DNA of 64,000 bases from an uncultured Methanosarcinaceae archaeon. GTDB taxonomy: Archaea > Halobacteriota > Methanosarcinia > Methanosarcinales > Methanosarcinaceae. The first letter of the stretch is position 1. Each line of letters opens with the position of its first letter. Below the pieces are notes generated by a model, which searched no databases, was not told the origin of the DNA, and saw only the letters and a program-made list of their open reading frames with translations. A program made the position numbers and the translations under genes. Positions 16,249 to 27,063 of this stretch are shown in pieces. Location of the stretch: assembly GCA_963721455.1 (NCBI GenBank), contig CAVRJG010000003.1, positions 32,001 to 96,000 on the forward strand, read 5' to 3'.

Positions 16249-16656
16249 TTATTTCACTACGACAGTCCCCTTCATAGAAGGATGGATCGAACAATCATAA
16301 TTATAGGTTCCCGCGTCTGTAAACAGGAATTCGTATGTGTCTCCTTCCTCAAGTACCTCGGACTCAAAAGCAGGCCCTCTAACGGTATGAGCAGTTGAAT
16401 CCATATTCTTCCATCTTACGGTATCACCTGTCGATATTGCTACAGACTGCGGGTTAAAGGCAGAATTCTGAATATCAACTTCGACAATCTTGCCTTCATC
16501 TATAGGTTGAGGCGTTACATCCGAAACCGGAGCTACAGGCGTTTCAACCGGAGTTACTACAGGCGTTTCTGCTGGAGTTGCCGGTTCATTTCCTGCACAT
16601 CCTATTGCCAGGAATATGCTAAGTAAGACCATGAAAATTACAGGTTCTTTTCTCAT
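16249..16656 (-). CDS. Plastocyanin/halocyanin-like blue copper lipoprotein
   Basis: Lipobox LAIGC; FNP..I..GDTV.W.N.D..AH; C-x2-H-x2-M (CSIHPSM). Confidence 0.9.
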   Translation of the reverse strand: MRKEPVIFMVLLSIFLAIGCAGNEPATPAETPVVTPVETPVAPVSDVTPQPIDEGKIVEVDIQNSAFNPQSVAISTGDTVRWKNMDSTAHTVRGPAFESEVLEEGDTYEFLFTDAGTYNYDCSIHPSMKGTVVVK

Positions 16657-17104
16657 TCTTTCCCCCCATGAAAAATAAGGTGCTTTATAATTAATATTTT
16701 GATTTTATAATAGTTCCTACCAGTTTCTGAACTCAGTTCTTTTTATGATTTAATGTATTGTGCCAGAGCTTCTGGAACACGCATCCTCAGTTAACTCAGG
16801 AAATTTCCCTGTTTTCAGGTTTTACTTTCTCCTGGATTATAAACTGAAGCCCTCTAAAAATAGAATTTCCGGATGTATGCAGTACCTGCCGGACAATTAT
16901 AAAAATAGTTTCAACCCATGACAGGAATAGGGTAATTTTATCTAAAAAAGTGAAGCCATTTTTGTAAAAATTTGTTTTATGGGCAGAATCCTGATCATTA
17001 CTGACTGTCACTTAATAATTAGCCTTGACTCAGAGTTACTGGATACTCTGCCCATATCTTATTTCTTTTCAGTTGCCTCGGCAGGTATTACCTGCCAGGA
17101 GGAG

Positions 17105-17410
17105 TTACTTGACTACAGTGGTCCTAGTTGCAGTAGTATTATTGCCTTTTATAGTGGTCCTGGCTACAGTAGTGTTGTTACCCTGTATAGTGGTCCTATT
17201 TACAGTAGTATTATTGCCCTCTATGGTGGTTCTGGTTACTTGTTTAGCCGGAGTTACTGCCTGAACCGGAGTTTCCTTTACAACTGTTTCCTTTGTTTCC
17301 TTTGTTTCCTTTACAACCGTTTCATTCGGAGCTTTCTCTTTCTGACCAGCGCATCCTATTGCGAGGAACACGCCGAGCAAAACTATCAATATAATCAGTG
17401 CTTTTCTCAT
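17105..17410 (-). CDS. Thr-rich lipoprotein with three RTTIxGNNTT repeats
   Basis: Lipobox LAIGC; multiple N-x-T sequons. Confidence 0.8.
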   Translation of the reverse strand: MRKALIILIVLLGVFLAIGCAGQKEKAPNETVVKETKETKETVVKETPVQAVTPAKQVTRTTIEGNNTTVNRTTIQGNNTTVARTTIKGNNTTATRTTVVK

Positions 17411-17412
17411 TA

Positions 17413-17611
17413 TTTTCCCCCATACAATATAAGTTGCATTATAATTAATATTTTAAATTATATTTAAATTCCTACTAGCTACTGAACATAGTTCTTCTTA
17501 TGATCTGTCGTTTTCCCCCCATAAAATATAAGTTGCATTATAATTAATATTTTAAATTATATTTAAATTCCTACTAGCTACTGAACATAGTTCTTCTTAT
17601 GATCTGTCGTA
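17413..17611. repeat. Tandem ~99-bp duplication of the lipoprotein upstream region
   Basis: ttcccccata.aatataagttgcattataatt...tgatctgtcgt occurs twice back to back. Confidence 0.9.
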
Positions 17612-18126
17612 TGGTACCATAATTTCTCTGAAAATAGAGATATTCAGTTAACTCAATGCACTTCTTTATCTTCAGTTTTCATATTCTTCTAAATTACGAA
17701 AAAAGAGTTTCTAAAAGAGAGGCGGCAGAAAATCATATTCAACCTTGATGATCAATTAGAATATCAATTTCACCTCATTTATAAGGAAATGGGGCGTAAA
17801 ATGATCTTAAAAAGTGAGGTCGTTTTTAAAGGCTTTTCGTTAAAGTGAGATTTTTCGACAATTCCGGTATTTCAAGCATCTAAATATCATTTGCCTTTGT
17901 ATCGATCTTACTTCTTCACTGTTATATTCCTATTACTGTATCGCGTGAATCGAATACTCGTAGAAGTGCCTTTTCGGTAAACACGAACTTATTTGTTTCT
18001 TATTCCGGTTGCCAAACGAAAATTCACCTCTGCCTTTTATGCATTTAAGAATTCTCATATAATAAGCGAATTGCGCTATAAAGCGTCCGGGCTAGAGGCA
18101 AAGCCCTGAGTCACCACTTAAACGAT

Positions 18127-18431
18127 TTAGTAACCTTTTCTAGGAGTTACTTTGATTACTCCGGTTCCGCTTGTATTATTTCCAGCTTGAGTCGGCTGTA
18201 TGAGTGCCTTTTTTCTTTGAGTACTACCTAAAATCTTAGTTACATTACCAGTTGCGCTTTGGTTAGTAGTGGTATAGTTTTCAGTATAATTTTCAGCCGG
18301 AGTTACTTCTGTCAACCGGAGTTACTGTCTCATTTGGAGCTTCACCTTTCTGACCAGCGCATCCTATTGCAAGGAATATACACTGAACAATACTAACAGA
18401 ATAACCAGTTCTTAACCAGTTCTTTTCTCAT
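18127..18431 (-). pseudogene. Frameshifted paralogous lipoprotein
   Basis: MRKE start and FLAIGCAGQKGEAPNET match 17105..17410; an 11-bp duplication (aagaactggtt) breaks the frame. Confidence 0.7.
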
Positions 18432-18687
18432 TATTTCCCCCACTTAAAATTATGTGCATTATTAACAGATTTGTAATTGATATCATGGTCTTATAACAAT
18501 TACTGCTAGATTCTGAACATAATTCTTCCTACAGGGTGGAAAATCGCTATACATTTAGATATTTCTTCCTTTCGGGTTTTATGAATGTATGTAAGATCCG
18601 GAATCTTTATTTTCTGCTTAGTTCTCCTTAAATTATAATACCGGGAATTCCAATATTATTAAATGACTTTTTTTTGGGGGGAGGTCA

Positions 18688-20051
18688 TGAAAATCAAATC
18701 CGTTAATCCTTACACTGAAGAAGTAAACTGGACATATGACTCATTTTCTTTCGGGGAATGTGAAATCCGGATTGAAAATTCCAGGGCTGCTTTTTCCGGG
18801 TGGAGTTCATTGTCTGTTGAAGAAAGGGTAAAATATTTCTCAAGGGCTGGCGAGGTGCTTCGGCAGAATACCGAAATCTATGCCGAGATTATTACGAAGG
18901 AAATGGGAAAACCTATCCGGCAGTCGAGAGGCGAGGTTCAGAAATGCGCCCGGCTCTGTGACTATTACGCAGAAAATGCGGCCGGGTTTCTGAAAGATGA
19001 GGTTGTGGATACTGAGGCTGAGAAAAGCTATGTAACTTTTGAGCCGCTTGGAGTGATTCTCGGGATCATGCCCTGGAATTTCCCGTTCTGGCAGGTATTC
19101 AGGTTTGCAGTACCTGCAATGTGTGCAGGAAATGTGTGTGTGGTCAAACACGCCTCGAATGTGCCAAGATCGGCACTGGAGATTGAGAAAGTCTTCCTGG
19201 AGGCTGGATTTCCGGAGCATGTTTTCAATACCCTGTTAATTGACTCGAAGACTGCCATGGAGATTATTGAAGAGGATATGGTGGATGGAGTCTCATTTAC
19301 AGGCAGCATAGGTGCAGGCTCGGAAATAGGAGAGCTTGTGGGGGGAGCGATAAAGCCGCTTGTACTGGAGCTGGGGGGGTCTGACCCTTTCATAGTGCTT
19401 GAAGATGCCGATATCGAGAAGGCTGCGCAGGTCGCGGTAAAGTCCCGTTTTCTCAATACCGGACAGAGCTGTATTGCTGCCAAGAGGTTTATCGTTGTAG
19501 AAGATGTTGTGGTGGATTTTATTGAGGCATTTGAACTCAATATTCAGGAACTGAAAATAGGGGACCCGATGGATGAAGAAACCGATATCGGACCTGTTGC
19601 AAAGAAGGAATTTGTCGAGAGTCTTGAGAAGGTCCTGAAAGACGCGAAAAAGAAAGGGGCAGAGCCTCAAATTTTCGGAGAGAAGCCTGAAACGGGCTTC
19701 TTTTTCAGGCCGACCCTTATCCCTGCAGCCAGTTCAGACATGAAGGTCTGCAATATGGAAGTTTTCGGACCTATTGCGCCGATAATCATGGCAAAGGACG
19801 AGAACGAGGCATTGGAAATCGCAAACTCCACAGAGTTCGGGCTTGGGGCCGAAGTCTGGTCCGGAAACCTGGAAAGGGCTGAAAGGCTGGCAAAAAGGAT
19901 CAGATCCGGATTTGTAGCTATCAATGGCATGGTTAAATCCGATCCGAGGCTTCCTTTTGGCGGGGTAAAGAAGTCCGGAGTAGGGCGAGAGCTTTCCCAC
20001 TATGGACTTAAGGAATTTGTGAATATCAAGACTGTCGTGGTTAACAAATGA
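18688..20051 (+). CDS. gabD: NAD(P)-dependent succinate-semialdehyde dehydrogenase (SSADH1/GabD1 type)
   Basis: MPWNFPFWQVFRF, FTGS, LELGGSDPFIV, NTGQSCIAAKR, EVFGP; GGAGG RBS before ATG 18688. Confidence 0.85.
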
Positions 20052-20159
20052 AAGCTCCACAGGGCCTGAGAACTGATTGAAGCTTTATATTGAAAAGACT
20101 CTCCAGAGTTGATTAGATAACCTGTTTAAGCTTGATAATTTGTTTAAGCTTGACCAGTA

Positions 20160-20305
20160 AACTTACCTCAAGCTTAACAAACAACTTACCTCAAGCTTAA
20201 CAAACAACTTACCTCAAGCTTAATAAACAACTTACCTCAAGCTTAATAAGTAAACTAATTTAATTTAATTTAATTTAATTTAATTTAATTTAATTTAATT
20301 TAATT
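20160..20305. repeat. Four copies of a 23-bp tandem repeat followed by (TAATT)10
   Basis: Unit aacttacctcaagcttaa(c/t)aaac, no spacers. Confidence 0.95.
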
Positions 20306-20352
20306 ACTTGAACAAGAGACATAACAATTGAATTATATTTTGAGAGGTTTTT

Positions 20353-21987
20353 ATGAAAGCTTCGGATCTTTTCGTTGCCCAGCTTGAAGAAGAAGATGTG
20401 GAGTATATTTTCGGACTGCCAGGCGAAGAAAACCTTGACTTGCTTGAATCTCTCAGGATTTCCAGAATCAAATTGATCGTAACAAGGCACGAACAGGCTG
20501 CAGCGTTTATGGCTGCGACCTACGGAAGGCTGACAGGGAAACCCGGGGTTTGTTTTTCAACTCTTGGTCCGGGAGCTACTAACCTGGTCACAGGCGTTGC
20601 CCAGGCCCAGCTTACAGGAGCTCCTTTTATCTCCATATCCGGGCAAAAGGCCCTGGCTGACAACTGGCAGGCACGTTTCCAGCTTGTAGACGTTGTCAGG
20701 ATGATGGAGCCGCTCTGTAAAAAAGCCGTATCCATAACTGATCCGGGAATGATCCCTACAGTGATCCGGAACGCCTTCAAACATGCGGAAGCCGAAAGGC
20801 CGGGAGCTGTGCACATTGAACTTCCTGAAGATGTGGCTGAAGAAGAGACTGACGCAGTGGTGCAGAAGCGGAGCGAAATTAAAATTCCTTATCCTGATCC
20901 CGGAGCTGTCAAAGAAGCTGCGGCTATGATCTGTGAGGCTAAAAACCCCCTGATTATGGTTTCCTCAGGAGCGAACCGAAAATCGGTAACTGGGGAACTC
21001 GAAGATTTTGTCAGAAGGACAGGTATCTACCTTGTACATACCCAGATGGGGAAAGGTGTTGTTCCGGATGACTGCGTTCACAGCCTTTTTGCCACCGGAA
21101 TCCATGCCAGAGACTACGTTAACTGCGGAATTGACGGAGCTGACCTTATTATCACTGTGGGCTACGATATAGTGGAATACCCTCCCTACCTGTGGAACAG
21201 GAAACTGGACAAGCAGATCATAAATATCGATTTTGTAGAGTCCGTGCCTGACAGGTATTTTAACCCCACAGTAGAAATCATTGGAGATGTCGCCTCTTCA
21301 ATCAGGGAACTTGCTGCAAGCATTCCGGGAAAACGGGAGTTTCCGACCTTTGAAAACACAAGGCATTTCATTGAGGAAAAAATAAATGCTATTGCCAGGA
21401 AAAGCTACCCTCCTATCCCGCAGGCGGTAGTTCAGAACGTCAGGAAGGTGCTTGGAAGGGAAGATATAATCACGCTGGACAACGGGATTTATAAGCTCTG
21501 GTTCTCTCGCCTTTACAAGACCTATGCCCCCAACACTATTCTCCTTGACAATGCCCTTGCAACTATGGGCGCAGGGCTCTCTGCAGGGATTACTGCAAAA
21601 CTTCTTCATCCGGAACGCCGCGTGCTTGCAGTCTGTGGGGACGGGGGTTTTATGATGAACTGCCAGGAGCTCGAGACCGCGGTTCGCTATGGAATCCCTG
21701 TGGTTGTCCTTATCCTCAATGACAATGGCTTTGGCTTTATTAAATGGAAGCAGAAAAAGATGCATTTTGAGGACTTCGGGCTGGACTACGGAAACCCTGA
21801 TTTCTCCCTTTTTGCCAGGAGTTTCGGGGCTGAAGGTTTCAGGATTAAAGAAGGTGATGACCTTGCAGAAGTCCTGGAGAGAGCTTTTGCCCTGAATAAA
21901 GTGGCGGTCATTGAATGTCCTATCGACTATTCCGTAAACTACGAGACTTTCTCGATCGAACTGGGAAAGCTTACATGTAAATTCTGA
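20353..21987 (+). CDS. ThDP-dependent acetolactate-synthase-like enzyme; candidate 2-oxoglutarate decarboxylase
   Basis: FGLPGEENL, RHEQAAAFMA, LGPGATN, GDGGFMMN..ND; no small subunit nearby; adjacent to SSADH. Confidence 0.8.
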   Translation: MKASDLFVAQLEEEDVEYIFGLPGEENLDLLESLRISRIKLIVTRHEQAAAFMAATYGRLTGKPGVCFSTLGPGATNLVTGVAQAQLTGAPFISISGQKALADNWQARFQLVDVVRMMEPLCKKAVSITDPGMIPTVIRNAFKHAEAERPGAVHIELPEDVAEEETDAVVQKRSEIKIPYPDPGAVKEAAAMICEAKNPLIMVSSGANRKSVTGELEDFVRRTGIYLVHTQMGKGVVPDDCVHSLFATGIHARDYVNCGIDGADLIITVGYDIVEYPPYLWNRKLDKQIINIDFVESVPDRYFNPTVEIIGDVASSIRELAASIPGKREFPTFENTRHFIEEKINAIARKSYPPIPQAVVQNVRKVLGREDIITLDNGIYKLWFSRLYKTYAPNTILLDNALATMGAGLSAGITAKLLHPERRVLAVCGDGGFMMNCQELETAVRYGIPVVVLILNDNGFGFIKWKQKKMHFEDFGLDYGNPDFSLFARSFGAEGFRIKEGDDLAEVLERAFALNKVAVIECPIDYSVNYETFSIELGKLTCKF

Positions 21988-22068
21988 TACGCGGAATTTC
22001 TGCATGGGCTTGCGGGTTAATTTACGCAAACCCTGTACCGTTAAAAATCAAACCCAGGGGGAAAATAA

Positions 22069-23862
22069 TTGGGAGGCGAAGGGAAAAAAGCAGGGTATCC
22101 TATCCATTCACATGATGTGGTCATAGTCGGGGCAGGACTGACAGGGCTCCGTGCAGCAATCGAGACTGTGGATCAGGGGCTTGACACGGCCATTATTTCC
22201 AAGGTGCACCCTCTCCGCTCCCATTCCGTGGCAGCCCAGGGAGGGATAAATGCAGCCCTCGGGAATGCCGTGGCTGAAGATTCCTGGGAAGACCACGCAT
22301 TTGATACGGTCAAGGGTTCGGATTATCTGGCTGACCAGGATGCAGTGGAAATCATGTGCAAAAACGCGCCTGCCGCAGTAATCGAACTTGAACATTTCGG
22401 GACCGTCTTTTCCCGGTTTCCTGACGGCAGGATCGCTCAGAGGCCTTTTGGAGGAGGGATGTTCCCAAGAACCTGCTATGCTGCAGACAGGACAGGGCAT
22501 AACATTCTGCACACGCTCTATGAACAGCTTATAGGCAGGGAGAAAAATAAAAAGTTTAAGGGTGGTAAGCTTACCTTTTATGAAGAGTTCTTTGTGACCT
22601 CCCTGGTAAAAGCCGGAGAATCTTCTTTTGAAGATGGTTCGGGGAAAGAGGAAAGGTGCGCAGGCTGTACTGCAGTAAACATCGCCAATGGGAGCCTGCA
22701 TGGTTTTACCTGCCATTCCCTGCTCCTTGCGACGGGAGGTTTTGGGAGGCTTTTTGCCCGTTCAACAAATGCCCTGATTAACACCGGAGACGGAGCTTCT
22801 CTGGCGCTCCGGGCAGGCGTACCTTTAAAGGACATGGAATTCGTGCAGTTTCACCCTACCACACTGTACGGCACAAATATCCTTATCACTGAAGGGGCAA
22901 GAGGAGAAGGAGGCTATCTTCTGAACAGCAGAAACGAACGCTTCATGGAGAAGTATGCCCCCGCATCCATGGAACTTGCTCCAAGGGATATAGTTTCCAG
23001 GGCCGCTCAGCAGGAAATAGATGAAGGCAGAGGATTTGAGGGCGGTTACGTGCTCCTTGACCTCAGGCACCTGAAAGAGAAAAAAATTGCAGAACGCCTG
23101 CCCGGGATAAGGCTTATTTCCCTGGACTTTGCAGGAGTTGACCCTGTTGAAGCTCCGATTCCCGTGCAGCCAGGCCAGCACTATTCCATGGGAGGGGTTT
23201 CGGCAGGAAATGACCTTGCAACTGAACTGCCCGGACTATATGCAGCAGGGGAATGCTCCTGCATTAGCGTGCATGGGGCAAACCGGCTCGGGGGCAATTC
23301 ACTGCTTGAAACTGTGGTTTTCGGAAAGCTTGCAGGGCAGGAAATTGGAAAGTCTTTCCCGGCTTCAGGAACCTGGGACGGGAAAGGGGCCGAACATGCT
23401 GTCCTTGAATGCCTGTCCGGAGAGGATGCGAGGATAAAAGCACTGCTTGCCAGGGAATCCGGAATAAAAATGCATGGTCTCAGGGATGAACTGAAGAATA
23501 TGATGTTTGAGTACTTCGGGGTCTTTCGCGAAGGAAAGAGGATGGAAAAAGGGCTGGAAAAACTCATTGAACTCAAAGCCCGTTACCCTGAAGTCTATAT
23601 CGATAACAAATCCGCTCTATTTAACTACGCACTTATTTATACACTCGAACTTGAGGGATTATTTGATATCGCAGAAGCTGTTGCCAGGGGTGCCATTGCC
23701 AGGCAGGAAAGCCGGGGGTCTCATTCAAGGGCTGACTACCCGGATAGGGATGACGAGAGGTTCCTCTACCATACGATCTACAGGCTAAAAGGCGGAAAAC
23801 CTGCGCTTGAATCCCTGCCTGTAAGGCTCGGGAAATTCCCTGTAAAGGAGCGTGTATACTGA
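22069..23862 (+). CDS. sdhA: Succinate dehydrogenase/fumarate reductase flavoprotein subunit
   Basis: [16 protein letters not shown] (covalent-FAD His), [29 protein letters not shown]. Confidence 0.95.
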   Translation: MGGEGKKAGYPIHSHDVVIVGAGLTGLRAAIETVDQGLDTAIISKVHPLRSHSVAAQGGINAALGNAVAEDSWEDHAFDTVKGSDYLADQDAVEIMCKNAPAAVIELEHFGTVFSRFPDGRIAQRPFGGGMFPRTCYAADRTGHNILHTLYEQLIGREKNKKFKGGKLTFYEEFFVTSLVKAGESSFEDGSGKEERCAGCTAVNIANGSLHGFTCHSLLLATGGFGRLFARSTNALINTGDGASLALRAGVPLKDMEFVQFHPTTLYGTNILITEGARGEGGYLLNSRNERFMEKYAPASMELAPRDIVSRAAQQEIDEGRGFEGGYVLLDLRHLKEKKIAERLPGIRLISLDFAGVDPVEAPIPVQPGQHYSMGGVSAGNDLATELPGLYAAGECSCISVHGANRLGGNSLLETVVFGKLAGQEIGKSFPASGTWDGKGAEHAVLECLSGEDARIKALLARESGIKMHGLRDELKNMMFEYFGVFREGKRMEKGLEKLIELKARYPEVYIDNKSALFNYALIYTLELEGLFDIAEAVARGAIARQESRGSHSRADYPDRDDERFLYHTIYRLKGGKPALESLPVRLGKFPVKERVY

Positions 23863-24629
23863 TGAAATTGAAGGTATTCCGCTTTGATGGGGAAACCGGG
23901 GAATCCCACTACGATACCTTTGAAATCGAACCCTCGGCAGGGATGACAGTACTTTCCGCGCTGTTCAATATCCAGGAAGAACTCGATGATTCCCTTGCTT
24001 TCCGCTATTCCTGCAGGGGGGCAGTCTGCGGGAGCTGTGCAATGCTAATTAATAAAATTCCAGGGCTTGCCTGCCGGACCCGGATCGAATCCCTACTCAA
24101 AGGCGAAGGGAAAATAAAGCTGAAGCCTTTTCCGGGAATGGAAGAGACTGTTTTCCGGGACCCTGGAAATGAGGTACTTGTAGAACCCCTTCCTTCCCTG
24201 CCGAAAATAAAGGACCTTATCGTGGACATGGATAAATTCTTCGAATTCTACAGGGCAATCGAGCCGACCTTTAAACCGGCTTCAAAATCCTCTGAAATGG
24301 AGCAGCTCATGCAGCCTGATGCCGTAAAGGAGCTTGAGAAGTACACAAACTGCATACTCTGTGCTGCCTGCGTGGGTTCCTGTCCGGTTTCGGGAAAAGA
24401 CAAGGATTTTCTGGGCCCTGCTGCTCTTGCAAAGCTATACAGGTTCCATATCGATCCACGTGAGGCAGATGATGAATCCAGACTCATGCTTGCGAACAGT
24501 AAATGCGGCTGGTGGGGCTGTGAGTTTCATGCCAATTGTAAGGCTGTCTGCCCGAAAGGCGTTCCACCTGTTGAGGCAATCGGAAAGGCCAGAAGGGAAA
24601 TCAGAGGACCTGGGAAGGAACCCGAGTAA
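23862..24629 (+). CDS. sdhB: Succinate dehydrogenase/fumarate reductase iron-sulfur subunit
   Basis: SCRGAVCGSC (2Fe-2S), CILCAACVGSCP, CEFHANCKAVCP; TGATG overlap with sdhA. Confidence 0.95.
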   Translation: MKLKVFRFDGETGESHYDTFEIEPSAGMTVLSALFNIQEELDDSLAFRYSCRGAVCGSCAMLINKIPGLACRTRIESLLKGEGKIKLKPFPGMEETVFRDPGNEVLVEPLPSLPKIKDLIVDMDKFFEFYRAIEPTFKPASKSSEMEQLMQPDAVKELEKYTNCILCAACVGSCPVSGKDKDFLGPAALAKLYRFHIDPREADDESRLMLANSKCGWWGCEFHANCKAVCPKGVPPVEAIGKARREIRGPGKEPE

Positions 24630-24678
24630 AAAATCCTGAAGCTTTTGAATGAGAATTTTCTGAGGTGAGGTTATAAAT

Positions 24679-26064
24679 CTGAAAACCCGAATCGAGAAGG
24701 ATTCACTGGGAGAAATGGAAGTCCCGGAAAATGCCTATTTTGGCATCCAGACCCAGCGGGCTCTTTGTAATTTTCCTGTAAGCGGCCACAGGGCAAGGCC
24801 GGAATTCGTCAGGGCATACGTCCTGGTAAAAAAGGCAGCAGCTCTTGCTAATATGGAGCTTGGGGGTCTTGACAGGGAGAGAGGAAATGCCATCGTGGCA
24901 GCAGCCGAGGAAGTCCTTAATGACCTCAGCGGACGGTATTCGGGCCAGTTTCCTGTGGACGTGTTTCAGGCAGGTGCAGGTACTTCCTTTAATATGAACA
25001 TTAATGAGGTTCTAGCTAACCGCGCTCTCGAAATACTGGGATGGAAACGAGGAGATTATAATTTCCTGAGCCCTAACGACCATGTTAACCGGGCCCAGTC
25101 AACTAATGATACTTTTCCAACTGCTTCCTACATAGCCATCATTTTTGCGGCTGACAGGCTTCTTGATGTACTCTCTTCTCTTTCCAGAGCTTTTCGGGCA
25201 AAAGCAGATGAGTTTTCGGGAATCCCTAAGTCAGGCCGCACACATCTTATGGATGCCGTACCTGTGACGCTTGGCGACGAGTTCGGAGCTTATTCTGCTG
25301 CGCTTTTGAGGGCTTCGCGCAGGATAAAAGAACGAAGAGATGATCTTCTCGAACTTCCTTTAGGAGGGACTGCAACAGGAACAGGGGCAAATACAGATCC
25401 GGGGTATCGGGAACTTGTAATCCCAATACTTTCCGCCCTTTGCAAACTGCCTTTCCAAAGGGCGGTTGACAGCTTCGAAGCCCTGCAGAGCCGGTCCCAA
25501 CTTGCCGCCTTTTCAGGGGCTCTCCGGGAACTTGCACTTGAACTTATAAGGATAGCTAATGACCTCAGGCTCCTTAATGCCGGCCCCACCTCCGGAATTT
25601 CCGAAATTGAACTTCCGGCTGTACAGCCTGGATCATCCATGATGCCAGGAAAATATAATCCTGTAATGGCCGAATGCCTGGACATGATAGGGTTCCAGAT
25701 TGTGGGCAATGATACAGCAGTCGCTCTTGCAGCTCAGGCAGGGCAGCTCGAACTCAATGTTATGACCCCTGTAATGACATCCAATATTCTTGTATCCATT
25801 TCCCTGCTCACGAATTATCTGCCCGTTTTTCAGGAACGCTGTGTAGAAGGGATTAAGGCGCATGAGGACAGGTGCAGGGCTTACCTTGAGCTAAATCCTG
25901 TCCTGGTAACCTTCCTTGCCCCGAAGATCGGGTATCTTAAGGCTGCGGAGATTGCAAAAGAGGTGCTGGATAAGAAGATGCCTGTTAAGGAAGTTCTGGT
26001 AATGGAAGGGATTTTGAGCAAAGAAGAAGCTGATGAACTGTTCAAAATTGAAAAATTATTATAA
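24679..26064 (+). CDS. Class II fumarase / aspartate ammonia-lyase family protein, probable CTG start
   Basis: GAGTSFNMNINE, QSTND, GRTHLMDA, GSSMMPGKYNP; conserved RIEKDSLG lies upstream of the ATG, in frame from CTG 24679, 8 nt after GAGGTGAGG. Confidence 0.9.
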   Translation: MKTRIEKDSLGEMEVPENAYFGIQTQRALCNFPVSGHRARPEFVRAYVLVKKAAALANMELGGLDRERGNAIVAAAEEVLNDLSGRYSGQFPVDVFQAGAGTSFNMNINEVLANRALEILGWKRGDYNFLSPNDHVNRAQSTNDTFPTASYIAIIFAADRLLDVLSSLSRAFRAKADEFSGIPKSGRTHLMDAVPVTLGDEFGAYSAALLRASRRIKERRDDLLELPLGGTATGTGANTDPGYRELVIPILSALCKLPFQRAVDSFEALQSRSQLAAFSGALRELALELIRIANDLRLLNAGPTSGISEIELPAVQPGSSMMPGKYNPVMAECLDMIGFQIVGNDTAVALAAQAGQLELNVMTPVMTSNILVSISLLTNYLPVFQERCVEGIKAHEDRCRAYLELNPVLVTFLAPKIGYLKAAEIAKEVLDKKMPVKEVLVMEGILSKEEADELFKIEKLL

Positions 26065-26438
26065 CTTGCTTGATTCCAGAGAATACTGCTGATTTTGTGC
26101 CTTCAAAAGCATCATAATGAGATAATGGGAAAATAATCGAGTACAGAAAAGTAATCGAGTACAGAAAAGTGGGCGGCAGAAAAGTTAAGAGTGAGACGTT
26201 TTTCCCCCATTAATCCAATCAGGTTATTGGTGGGATTCTTTATTTAGCTTGATTATAAAAATTATAGTTACGTCGTCTCGGTTCTTTTGAATTGAATTTC
26301 AGGCTTTTAAGTTTATGATTCTTAAAAAGTCCTTAAGTTTGTGGTTCTGACACTGTGATTCTTCAAAACCACTGGTTAATTGAAGCCACAGGTTAAGGTA
26401 GCGCTATGTAAAGCAAATAAGGTAATGTTTAATGTATC

Positions 26439-26792
26439 TTAATTAAGGTACCCTTTTCTTTCAAGCCATTCAATCTGGGGCCTTGTGTATTTCCAGGTAA
26501 CGTCGGCTTTTGAATTCTGAACTTCCCACGGATTGGCTATGACAACATCGCCTTCGCGGATCCACATTCTTTTTTTCTTGGAACCGGGAATCCTGCCCAT
26601 TCGGACTACTCCGTCCATGCACTGCAGTGTAACTCTTTTTGAGCCAAGTAAACTTGCTACTGTTGCCAGGACTTCGTTTCTGTCTTTACGGGGAGTTCGT
26701 ACCCTTGTTATTTCCTGGGGGCCGTCTCCTGAGCCTGTCGAACTGGTAGATCCTAATTTTCTTTTCCTAATAGTGCTTCTGTAATTAGCCAG
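26439..26792 (-). CDS. eif1a: Archaeal translation initiation factor aIF1A, copy 1 (missing from ORF track; CTG start)
   Basis: (M)[10 protein letters not shown]...RVRTP...[33 protein letters not shown]...[16 protein letters not shown]; GGAGG RBS 7 nt before CTG. Confidence 0.95.
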   Translation of the reverse strand: MANYRSTIRKRKLGSTSSTGSGDGPQEITRVRTPRKDRNEVLATVASLLGSKRVTLQCMDGVVRMGRIPGSKKKRMWIREGDVVIANPWEVQNSKADVTWKYTRPQIEWLERKGYLN

Positions 26793-27063
26793 ATTAATTC
26801 CTCCGATGCTGATTTTTTTAGCTTAATAATTTCGGTAATAAATCCTTTTTGCTAGTTTCGATTCTTAATTCCGGTTGTTTTTCCTTTTTTCGCGAGTGGT
26901 ATCAAATATCTGCTATTTCCGAATAGATGTAATTAATTTATCATGAATTCGGTTCCAGGACGCATCCGCAGAAATAGAAGGCGAAAAACAGAAAGATTAA
27001 AACCATTAGTGAAAAATGAATTGAGTGTTAATCCAAAAAATTAACACTCAATACAGATTATCT

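Noticed and set aside
20160-20250. 23-bp repeats as a CRISPR array
   Set aside because: Head-to-tail units without unique spacers
21298-22716. Long antisense ORFs over the ThDP enzyme and sdhA
   Set aside because: Shadow ORFs of well-supported genes with no motifs; the same applies to 48289..49035 and similar ORFs
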